From an uncultured archaeon (GTDB lineage Archaea; Iainarchaeota; Iainarchaeia; Iainarchaeales; Iainarchaeaceae), in NCBI GenBank assembly GCA_964577555.1, contig CAZNZM010000004.1:23200-55199 (forward strand): a stretch of 32,000 nucleotides of DNA, read 5' to 3'. A program made the position numbers and the translations under genes. This document shows, in pieces, positions 1 through 10,102 of this stretch. The notes beneath the pieces were generated by a model. The model was given only the letters and a program-made list of their open reading frames with translations. It was not told where the DNA came from and did no database searches. Numbering within the stretch: position 1 is the stretch's first letter; every line of letters starts with the position of its first letter.

Positions 1-2752
<2,752 letters not shown>

Positions 2753-2753
<1 letters not shown>

Positions 2754-3292
2754 CAATCAAAACCCTTTGAACGCCTAATAGCCCTTATCATCGACTCAGT
2801 CCTAGAATCAGATTTATATAAAGGATCAGTTATATAAAAAATTTCCCTAGCCTTAAAAAGATCGGAAATACCTGAAATTGACTCAAAATATTTTTTCCTA
2901 ATGTCAGTATTATAAGAATCAACATCATTGTAAATGTGCCTGCTAATAAAATTAAAATTGTCGTGACCTATTATGCCGGACAAAAAATACAAATTATCAT
3001 CCTTTCTCACTTGCTCGACAAACTTCTCAAGAACCGACTTCTTAGTCAAATCAAGCTGAAGCAACGAAACAACTTCAAGCTTATAACCAAGCTTCCTAAA
3101 ATCAGCCTTCGGTCCATAACCAACAACCAAACCCTGCTTTGCAAGAAAATCAAGAGAAGACTTAACAGTAGCCTTATGATAACCAGTATATTTTTGAATA
3201 GCCCTGATATTAGGCACAACAGCACCAGGCTTCAACAAAGCAGCAAGAATATTCAACCTGACCTCGTCATCCAATTTCATTACAACAGCCAT
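2753..3292 (-). CDS. Winged-helix transcriptional regulator (Lrp/AsnC-like architecture: wHTH plus a small C-terminal domain)
   Basis: LNILAALLKPGAVVPNIRAIQKYTGYHKATVKSSLDFLAKQGLVV looks like a wHTH. The track ORF starts at ATG 3316, but that ATG lies inside a TATA-like palindrome. ATG at 3292 (MAVVMKLDD...) sits ~26 nt downstream of the TATA centre. Alternative starts are 3316 and 3280. Confidence 0.55.
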
Positions 3293-3312
3293 AAAACAAA
3301 AATAAGTATGAT

Positions 3313-3349
3313 ACATTAAAAAGACTTTTTAATGTCCAAAAAAGACATT
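3313..3349. promoter_or_regulatory. Perfect 23-nt palindrome (acattaaaaag a ctttttaatgt) overlapping a second inverted repeat (aatgtc-N7-gacatt): candidate TATA plus operator for the adjacent regulator
   Basis: I checked base by base. 3313-3323 is the reverse complement of 3325-3335. 3331-3336 is the reverse complement of 3344-3349. The half-site ACATT/AATGT occurs three times. Confidence 0.45.
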
Positions 3350-3444
3350 CAAAATTGGCTAATCTATATAAACTTCACAATAAGCAAAACTAATTGTAAC
3401 GAGAAAAAGGGGGAATCCAATCCTAAGAAAAAAACAGAAAAGTT

Positions 3445-3494
3445 TGGAACGGGGTTAAAGCTCACCAAGCTAAAAAAACAACAACCCCGTTCCA
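3445..3494 (-). terminator. 12-bp perfect stem (tggaacggggtt / aaccccgttcca) with a 26-nt loop, followed on the minus strand by AACTTTTCTGTTTTTTTC
   Basis: I verified the inverted repeat 3445-3456 against 3483-3494. It lies 64 nt downstream of the 3558..5333 stop. The loop is large for a terminator, so it could instead be a small structured RNA or a binding site. Confidence 0.35.
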
Positions 3495-3536
3495 TCCAAC
3501 CCAAAAAAAACAACACATAATTGAAACACAAAAAGC

Positions 3537-3544
3537 AAAAAAAA
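3537..3544 (-). terminator. Oligo-T (T8 on minus strand) 14 nt after the stop of 3558..5333
   Basis: There is an A8 run on the + strand, and a second A8 run at 3503-3510. Confidence 0.4.
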
Positions 3545-3557
3545 TTCAAAAATACTT

Positions 3558-5333
3558 TCAAGACTCTTTTAAATTATCATAAACTGAAACCCTGATAGAA
3601 ATCTTAACAGAATTTGACACACCCTTGTCATTAGAAACAGTAAGAAAAACATTGTGGTCACCAACATCATTAACACTAAAAGTTTTGGAAAAAGTTTTGC
3701 CTTCAACAGGCTCAGAATCATCAACCCTCCAAACCCAAGAAACAATTTTATTGCCAAGAGGATCAAAAGAATTGCTCCAAAAATCGACATCAACATCATT
3801 GCTTTCAGAAGTTATTATTACCGGATTTAGCGGAGAAAAACCTATCAAAGCAACAGGCTTCAAAGACAAAGGAGAAACAGAAACAACATCATACGGCTCC
3901 TGTTTTTTATAAACCCAAATCTTAACCTCTCTTTGAGTCCCATCCTTCAACGGCAAAGTCTTATTCACAACATACCTTTCCGCATTATCCTTTTTTGTAC
4001 CAAACTCAAACTTCTTGCCAACAACAGCATCAATCGTTGAAATTATGCTCTCTTTCAACAACGAAATGTCACAACCACCTGAACTACAATCAATAATATT
4101 TCCCTTGCTTACTCCGTCACCGCCTGCAAGCAACGCCATATGCTCCTTTATCTTGTTAATAGTTTCAGGGTTTGAATGCAAACCGGAAGAAGGAAAAGAA
4201 ACACAATTAAGTTTGCCATTACAATCAACACAATCATTCGAAGTAACACAAAGATTGCCGACAGAATCGCAAATAGGCGGAGCTCCATTGCCTTTAGGAT
4301 CGGTAAAAATCGGAACAACTCTATAATCATAATTCTTAAGAACAGAAATAGCGTGATTCACAAAAACAAGAGAACGATTGCCATTACTCAAATTACAAGT
4401 TTTATAATAAACCCTAACGTTACTGCCAGTTTCTTGATAACTATAAGGAGTATCAGACTCAGAACCAGAACTCAATTCATCAGAAGCCGGAAATATAAAA
4501 GTCACGGTTGGAAACTCCGACTCCATCCTTGCCTCTGGAACTTCCTTGGCAACATAAGCCGAAGCAGTAGCCCAATCCTCGTAAAACTCTCCTTTAAGAA
4601 TGTTCATATCTGGACTGCAATTAGACATGCAACAAATACGGGCTGGAAACTTGTCAACACCAACAAAATAAGGGCTTTGTGGGTTTTTAAGCGAATCCAC
4701 AAAATACTTATTATAAATACCAACCCCCAAAGAAGGACAAACATTGCCTGTGTTTGTCACAGGTATTTTATGGTCGGCTTCAATATAAGAACAATCAATA
4801 TCAATACTGGTACAATCAAACGAATTATTAGTATTGGTTTTTAGAATGAAAACTTTCTCTTCAAAAATAAAATCCCCCTTGGTGCGAAAAAAAGACTTTA
4901 TGTCAGGGATTATAACATTCAATTTGTCAATATCGTCACGCATGCTGTCAGAACCATCGACAATGAAATAAAGCCTTATTTTCATTTTAGGCGGAATAAT
5001 CTCCATATAATAATTTTCTTTCCCATAAATAGAGTCAAATATTTTTTCAACAATCTCCTTTCTATTAACATTTTGCCCATAATAATTGAAATCATAAGAC
5101 CATGAATATATCATGTCACCCATCAACTGTGCAACACTCATCTTAATGGTTGGTTCTTCAATCTGCAAAATCTCTCCAAAATCTGCTGAAATACGATGCT
5201 GTTCAAAAGCAATCTTATTGCTTTCAAAAACCTTTACGGCTTGGTCAAGCTGATTGAATTGAATCAAAGCCCAACCAGAAAGAAGCATGACAACAATAAT
5301 TACTATTGCAATAATATCTGAAACCGCAGACAT
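3558..5333 (-). CDS. Helix-anchored vWA + PKD protein (modular pilin-like adhesin candidate)
   Basis: The N-terminus is MSAVSDIIAIVIIVVMLLSGWALIQF, a single hydrophobic helix. A MIDAS-like motif YFIVDGSDSM is the rc of 4941-4970. The C-terminal FWSNSFDPLGNKIVSWVWRVDD...GDHNVFLTVSNDKGVSNSVKISIRV fits the PKD consensus. I count 14 Cys. The ATG at 5333 abuts the upstream stop. Confidence 0.75.
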   Translation of the reverse strand: MSAVSDIIAIVIIVVMLLSGWALIQFNQLDQAVKVFESNKIAFEQHRISADFGEILQIEEPTIKMSVAQLMGDMIYSWSYDFNYYGQNVNRKEIVEKIFDSIYGKENYYMEIIPPKMKIRLYFIVDGSDSMRDDIDKLNVIIPDIKSFFRTKGDFIFEEKVFILKTNTNNSFDCTSIDIDCSYIEADHKIPVTNTGNVCPSLGVGIYNKYFVDSLKNPQSPYFVGVDKFPARICCMSNCSPDMNILKGEFYEDWATASAYVAKEVPEARMESEFPTVTFIFPASDELSSGSESDTPYSYQETGSNVRVYYKTCNLSNGNRSLVFVNHAISVLKNYDYRVVPIFTDPKGNGAPPICDSVGNLCVTSNDCVDCNGKLNCVSFPSSGLHSNPETINKIKEHMALLAGGDGVSKGNIIDCSSGGCDISLLKESIISTIDAVVGKKFEFGTKKDNAERYVVNKTLPLKDGTQREVKIWVYKKQEPYDVVSVSPLSLKPVALIGFSPLNPVIITSESNDVDVDFWSNSFDPLGNKIVSWVWRVDDSEPVEGKTFSKTFSVNDVGDHNVFLTVSNDKGVSNSVKISIRVSVYDNLKES

Positions 5334-5756
5334 TCAAACACCTTTAAAGCAAAAATAAACCCGGCCAAGGCATTTTTGCCCCTTACTATTAATAATATTC
5401 ACGACGTAAGAATATTTCCTTTCACAAGAATCATTATTGCCTATTGCCCAAGACTTTTCACTACAACCAAGAAAATTTTCCATTTTGACAACATAACCGG
5501 AAACAACAGGAGTAGTACAATTAGAATTAATGCCAAACCTATCAAACTTGTTTTCGTCAAAAGTGCCAATGCAACGAAAAACAAAATCCCTTACTTGCCC
5601 GCTTTCCTGAAGAGGCTTTATTGAAGGAGTAAGCTGATTTACCGGAACAATAGAAGAATAACCAATATAAACAAGAAACAAAACAACAAAAACAATTATG
5701 ACAACAAGCATAAAAGTTGAAATCATAGAATAAATGCCTCTACAATCCATTGACAT
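5334..5756 (-). CDS. Small pilin-like exported protein (N-terminal RG + hydrophobic helix, 6 Cys after the helix)
   Basis: The N-terminus is MSMDCRG-IYSMISTFMLVVIIVFVVLFLVYIGY. It has an ATG start and lies in the tightly packed pilin string. Confidence 0.6.
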   Translation of the reverse strand: MSMDCRGIYSMISTFMLVVIIVFVVLFLVYIGYSSIVPVNQLTPSIKPLQESGQVRDFVFRCIGTFDENKFDRFGINSNCTTPVVSGYVVKMENFLGCSEKSWAIGNNDSCERKYSYVVNIINSKGQKCLGRVYFCFKGV

Positions 5757-6168
5757 CTATTCTGCCCCCGTTTTTTCTGTTCACCAAAAGCTCGGTTACA
5801 TAAGCAAGGTTAATGCTCAAATTAGAATCTGTACTGCAAAGCAAGATTCTGCATTGCATTATCTCGCCTGAATCAAAACAAATATTATTATCCCTAACCA
5901 AAAACAAGCCTTTTTCAGTCAAAGGATTATACTTATACTTGAAATTATAAGAAGCACAAGCATCATTAATCAAAGTCTGCATTTTAGTAACATCATTCTG
6001 AACCCGCTCGGCTTCAGGCCTCAAATTCTTGAAATTACCCAAAAGCCACATAGAAGCAAGCAATATAGCAGTTATAACTGCCAACCACAAAACAACATCT
6101 GACACCAAACTAGCCTTTGAATTCAAATTCAAAACATTCAAATCAGGCTTTGCACTCAATTTTAACAC
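5740..6168 (-). CDS. Small pilin-like exported protein (4 Cys after the helix); start codon uncertain and non-ATG
   Basis: ...NSKA-SLVSDVVLWLAVITAILLASMWLL. There is no in-frame ATG before the TM helix. The track start at 6168 is GTG, and TTG at 6126 or 6132 would give a short MN(L)NSKA leader. The SLVSD motif resembles SAVSD of 3558..5333. Confidence 0.55.
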   Translation of the reverse strand: MLKLSAKPDLNVLNLNSKASLVSDVVLWLAVITAILLASMWLLGNFKNLRPEAERVQNDVTKMQTLINDACASYNFKYKYNPLTEKGLFLVRDNNICFDSGEIMQCRILLCSTDSNLSINLAYVTELLVNRKNGGRIDVNGL

Positions 6169-6601
6169 CGCCCTTAACCCTTAAAAAAGAACAAGTAAAA
6201 TCAGTTACTGAAAAAGCTTCCCTGTGAAAAGTAGTGTCAAGGTTCAAATCATAATCCTGCGGAGGACAAGAACATTTTACACAATTACTACTGCCTTGAA
6301 ACTCCATACAAATTTTACTGCCAGAAGACCTGGCAAAAACAACAGAACCGCTTGCAAGAGGAAACTTTTCAGACAACAAAGTGTCAACAGCAGAATTGCA
6401 AACAAATTCGCACTTCTGCCCCATTCTTGCAAGCGAATTTTTTATTTGCTGGAGTTTTTGTTGATCAGAACCGGTAGAAACCAAATTAGCCACTATTAAA
6501 AGCCCAAAAACAGCTGTTATTACGCCAACATAGAGCCAAACAGCCTGATCCACAAAATCTCCCCAAAATGAAAGCAAATATAGACATTCATGAACATTCA
6601 A
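6143..6601 (-). CDS. Small pilin-like exported protein (8 Cys after the helix); start codon uncertain and non-ATG
   Basis: ...DQAVWLYVGVITAVFGLLIVANLV helix. The track start at 6601 is TTG, and an in-frame GTG at 6553 would give M-DQAVW.... There is no ATG before the helix. Confidence 0.55.
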   Translation of the reverse strand: MNVHECLYLLSFWGDFVDQAVWLYVGVITAVFGLLIVANLVSTGSDQQKLQQIKNSLARMGQKCEFVCNSAVDTLLSEKFPLASGSVVFARSSGSKICMEFQGSSNCVKCSCPPQDYDLNLDTTFHREAFSVTDFTCSFLRVKGGVKIECKA

Positions 6602-7157
6602 TGTCTATTGCACCATCGCCATCGCTGTCAAATGCACTGGAAAACCAATGAAACTTTTTATCATCATCAGACAAACCAGCATAACACCCGCCAGGCTTGA
6701 TGAATTGCATCAAAAGCTCGGTGGCTTCCTCTCTTGACTTGCCTTCTCTTTTCCAATAATTGCAAAGAAGATCCTTGCACGAAGACATATTCAAATTGGA
6801 AGAGCCGCAAGAAGTCAAAAGAGAACAATAAACCTTGTCGTCACAAACACCAACCCCTGCCTTGAAGCCAGTATTATTATACGACGGAAGAGCCCCCTGC
6901 TTCAAACGAAAATCAAAAGATTTTATGCAAAACTGCGCCAAACTATCAGCATCTCCAGCAGCACACAACCTTGAACATTCAGTCTTGCCACTGGAAATCT
7001 TGTTTTCAAAAGCGGCTTTATCCTGCTCCTCCTGAATTTTAGTGCCCTGCTCCTTGAACTGCTGAGAAACAAGCTGCAAAACCAGCATTGCAACAGCCAA
7101 AAGAACAAAAAGCACAATGAATATTTGAATTGCCATTTCCATTCCTTTCTGATTCAT
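6588..7157 (-). CDS. Pilin-like exported protein with a class III-like signal (MNQKG-MEMAIQIFIVLFVLLAVAML), 10 Cys and a C-terminal DxDxDG loop
   Basis: It has an ATG start that forms an ATGA overlap with the upstream stop. The C-terminus is FDSDGDGAIDIECS. Confidence 0.65.
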   Translation of the reverse strand: MNQKGMEMAIQIFIVLFVLLAVAMLVLQLVSQQFKEQGTKIQEEQDKAAFENKISSGKTECSRLCAAGDADSLAQFCIKSFDFRLKQGALPSYNNTGFKAGVGVCDDKVYCSLLTSCGSSNLNMSSCKDLLCNYWKREGKSREEATELLMQFIKPGGCYAGLSDDDKKFHWFSSAFDSDGDGAIDIECS

Positions 7158-7564
7158 GTTTTTACCTCCACTTTACCTTTATCAACATTCCAATTTATAA
7201 AAAAAGTTTTTACGCTTGCTTTCTCAACATTGCCAAGCACGTTGACATCGCCAACCAAAGCAACCAAATTCTCAGGAACAATATTATACGGTTCGTTAGA
7301 ATGAACAGTAAAACAAATACCGCTATGCAAATTCACACCATAATTCTTATTATAACACTCTTTTATCAAAGCAACCACTTCCCTGTCCGAAACAGAAGTA
7401 ACATCAATAAGATCAGCTCCTGTTGGCGGCTTTTTATCCCCACCAAAAAAACCCAAAATAGAATTCTTTCCAGCACCTATAAGATCCTGACTGAAATTAA
7501 TTACAAGAGTGCCAACTACCAAAACTATGAACAAGGTTATTATCAATTGAACAGGCATCTCCAT
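7154..7564 (-). CDS. Small pilin-like exported protein (MEMPVQLIITLFIVLVVGTLV..., 2 Cys)
   Basis: The track start at 7576 is GTG immediately after a TGA. ATG at 7564 gives MEMPVQL..., paralogous to the MEMAIQI of the next gene. Confidence 0.6.
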   Translation of the reverse strand: MEMPVQLIITLFIVLVVGTLVINFSQDLIGAGKNSILGFFGGDKKPPTGADLIDVTSVSDREVVALIKECYNKNYGVNLHSGICFTVHSNEPYNIVPENLVALVGDVNVLGNVEKASVKTFFINWNVDKGKVEVKT

Positions 7565-7684
7565 AAAAAAAACCACTCAAAACAAGAATAAAACGATTTC
7601 AAAATATTTAAATTAAACGCTTAAAGAACTTTCCAAAAAAACAAACTTGTCCTATAAACAACAAAAAAATAATGACGATTAGGC

Positions 7685-7692
7685 AAAAAAAA
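7685..7692 (-). terminator. Oligo-T (T8 on minus strand) directly after the stop of 7693..8124
   Basis: An A8 run on the + strand abuts tca (TGA) at 7693-7695. It is followed by the only sizeable gap (116 nt) in locus A, which contains a TATA-like tttaaatatt (~7603-7617). Confidence 0.45.
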
Positions 7693-8124
7693 TCAAGTTA
7701 TTTTCAACGCATGATTCCCGTTTTCATTGCAAGAAATATTTAAAATCCTTGGCAAAACAAGCGGCGGATTGTCAATCAAAATGCGACAATCAGTACAATA
7801 ATTCATTTTTCTAAAAAAATTATTCAATTTAGCTTCGTCGAGCTCCCCAATTTTGTTGCCATCAAAAGACTCGTCAAGAAGAACAACATTGCCGCAATCC
7901 TTATAAACTTCGCCAAACTGGCACTCTTGCCAACAATAATTAAGCTTTGCCGCAAACTTTGGAAAATTAACTTTGGTTAGGCTTGGTCCGTTGGCAGGAG
8001 GAATAAACATGTTCCTTACAGTATCACCAATCTTGTTAAAATCAAATTGAAAAACAAAAGCGGTTATCAAACCAGCAACTATAATAGTGAAAAAAAGAAA
8101 ACCAACAATTTCAATTGTTTCCAT
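7693..8124 (-). CDS. Pilin-like protein beginning directly with METIEIVGFLFFTIIVAGLITAFVF (E at position 5, no leader); 6 Cys; candidate major subunit
   Basis: It has an ATG start and one N-terminal hydrophobic helix. It is the last gene before the T8 tract. Confidence 0.6.
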   Translation of the reverse strand: METIEIVGFLFFTIIVAGLITAFVFQFDFNKIGDTVRNMFIPPANGPSLTKVNFPKFAAKLNYCWQECQFGEVYKDCGNVVLLDESFDGNKIGELDEAKLNNFFRKMNYCTDCRILIDNPPLVLPRILNISCNENGNHALKIT

Positions 8125-8128
8125 AACA

Positions 8129-8206
8129 TCACTTCAACATGCTTGTAACATACAATATAATCGCTCCAAAAGCTATTACTGCAATAATAACTTCAATCAC
8201 AACCAT
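8129..8206 (-). CDS. 25-aa single-helix peptide MVVIEVIIAVIAFGAIILYVTSMLK (pilin alpha1-like, E5), below the track cutoff
   Basis: Hand translated. The ATG is at 8206, 11 nt after the platform gene stop. The TGA at 8129-8131 lies 4 nt before the next ATG. The call is speculative because the ORF is so short. Confidence 0.35.
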   Translation of the reverse strand: MVVIEVIIAVIAFGAIILYVTSMLK

Positions 8207-8217
8207 TATTGTTTGAT

Positions 8218-10086
8218 TCACCTGACAAGCACCCCTTTGAAAATAATTTCAGTGAAAGCATAATAACCGCCAAACAACAAAGCACTATAAATCAAAAAAG
8301 AAATGGCAAGATTCTCGTAAATGGTTTTTGCAATTTTATATTTGTCCGTGCCATCCCTTATATTTGAAAGAAAAAGAGAAAGTATAATAGAAGTTTCAAT
8401 AAAATACGCGCCAACAATTATCTCAAGAATAGTAGGAGGAATTATGTCTTTTATCTTCACAAGCTCAAGATTAATAGGATTACTTCCAACACTTGTCAAT
8501 ACTTCATTAATCTTCTGCTTAATGAATTCAAGAGACATGACAATAGCAGCAGCCATTACAGTAGCAGTGGTTGCCAACAAAGGAGCCAACACCGTGACGG
8601 AAATACTTACAATAGAAACCGTTTCAGCCAAAAGAGTTTGAATATAATCATCCAACTTGTAAGTTGAAAGAGTCTGCTCCCTTATCATCTTGGCTGATTT
8701 GGCCGCGCTTTTCTGGTCAATCTCGGTAAAAATAACTATCCTCTTAATAATTTGAACCATGCGCCTTGAAGGTGCAACAGAAGGCAAAAACTTTTCAACC
8801 AAATCACCAAGAGACTTTTTGGTATTATAAAGAGCCTCTTCCAATGAAGAAATTATTTTAACAGTAGGATGCTGGCCAAAACCATGGCGTTGATAATCAT
8901 TCACAACATCCTTAAGAATACTCTCCATTGACCTGTTCAAAGAAAGATAACTTGCAAACATCTGCAAAAGGTGAGGCAAATCCCTTTCAGTCTCGTTCAT
9001 TTCAAGCCAAAGCCTTTCATTCCTCTTAGCATAAAAAAAGCAAAAAAGTTCAAAACAAAGAAAAAGACCAAAAAGCCCAAGCCAAATTTTTAAAATAGAA
9101 TCAAGAGCATACTCCCTTGCAATGCCTGAAGGAGTCTCAAGATTAATAGTAGTAATATGAAAAGCAGGAATAATCAAAGCAACCAAGCCAAGACCAACAA
9201 ACACTACATACCACCATTTAGGAATCTCTTTGAAACGAGGGCTTGTTGACAAATCAATAGTATTCACTTGAATCCTATTAGTTGCAAAATTCATGGCCAT
9301 GAAAAGCAAAAGAGTTGGAAAAAAAACCACGTAAAGAAAAATAAGCAAAGGCACATTAGCCAATTGAGGCATAAAAATTGTTATCAAAGGAAGCAAAATC
9401 AAAGACATCATTGGAATCATAACGCCGACAGAAATCAGAGTCTTGGTTTGATTTGAAAGTTTTTCAGTGAAACGCTTGCCAGCATCATAATAACTCAAAA
9501 TAACAGTTTCAATAACTTCATTAATAATAGCCTCCCTTTCAGTCTGCTGGGCAATTGCAGCAGTCTGAAGAAGATTAAGACCTTTAACAAACTCCGGATT
9601 AACCTGCAACCAAATTGGAATATAATACTCAAAAGCTTCACCAATAGTTTTATACTCTTTGGCTTCTATCTTCTCACGTATAGTCCTAAACTGCTTTCCA
9701 AGAGTACCGCCAAGACTTTCGGAAACATTCACAACAGCAGCTTCAACACTCGTATTAAGAAGAATATAATTCGACATTTCAAGTAAAGCCTGAAGCATTT
9801 CCTCCCTAAAAGCAACGATCCGCTGAGTATAATTAATGCTCAAAGCCCACAAAAAAGCCCCGGAAGCAATAATCAAAGCGCCAAAACCAAAAAGATAACT
9901 AAGCAACTGAATAGGAGTTGCAACAACAGCCAAAAACATTAAACCAAAAAAATAAATTACAATGCCAGAAGCAACTTCCTGAGAATTATAAGGAAATTCT
10001 ACCAACCTAAGCTTGTCTTCCCAACTCTGAATCCTTGATACAACCGGAAAACGCCTGCCAACCTCGTATACAAAATCAAAATACAT
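8218..10086 (-). CDS. Polytopic membrane platform protein, divergent PilC/ArlJ(FlaJ)/TadC-like with two T2SS-F-like repeats
   Basis: It is 622 aa with multiple TM segments and two helical cytoplasmic segments with T2SS-F-like patterning (…LGKQFRTIREKIEAKEYKTIGEAFEY… and …LPHLLQMFASYLSLNRSMESILKDVV…). It sits directly downstream of the ATPase. Confidence 0.65.
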   Translation of the reverse strand: MYFDFVYEVGRRFPVVSRIQSWEDKLRLVEFPYNSQEVASGIVIYFFGLMFLAVVATPIQLLSYLFGFGALIIASGAFLWALSINYTQRIVAFREEMLQALLEMSNYILLNTSVEAAVVNVSESLGGTLGKQFRTIREKIEAKEYKTIGEAFEYYIPIWLQVNPEFVKGLNLLQTAAIAQQTEREAIINEVIETVILSYYDAGKRFTEKLSNQTKTLISVGVMIPMMSLILLPLITIFMPQLANVPLLIFLYVVFFPTLLLFMAMNFATNRIQVNTIDLSTSPRFKEIPKWWYVVFVGLGLVALIIPAFHITTINLETPSGIAREYALDSILKIWLGLFGLFLCFELFCFFYAKRNERLWLEMNETERDLPHLLQMFASYLSLNRSMESILKDVVNDYQRHGFGQHPTVKIISSLEEALYNTKKSLGDLVEKFLPSVAPSRRMVQIIKRIVIFTEIDQKSAAKSAKMIREQTLSTYKLDDYIQTLLAETVSIVSISVTVLAPLLATTATVMAAAIVMSLEFIKQKINEVLTSVGSNPINLELVKIKDIIPPTILEIIVGAYFIETSIILSLFLSNIRDGTDKYKIAKTIYENLAISFLIYSALLFGGYYAFTEIIFKGVLVR

Positions 10087-10102
10087 TCCATTACTACCCC
10101 TT

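Noticed and set aside
3332-3561. ORFs 3332..3520 (+) and 3364..3561 (-) in the spacer after locus A.
   Set aside because: They are low-complexity translations that overlap each other and the hairpin and oligo-T signals. They have no start context or motif.
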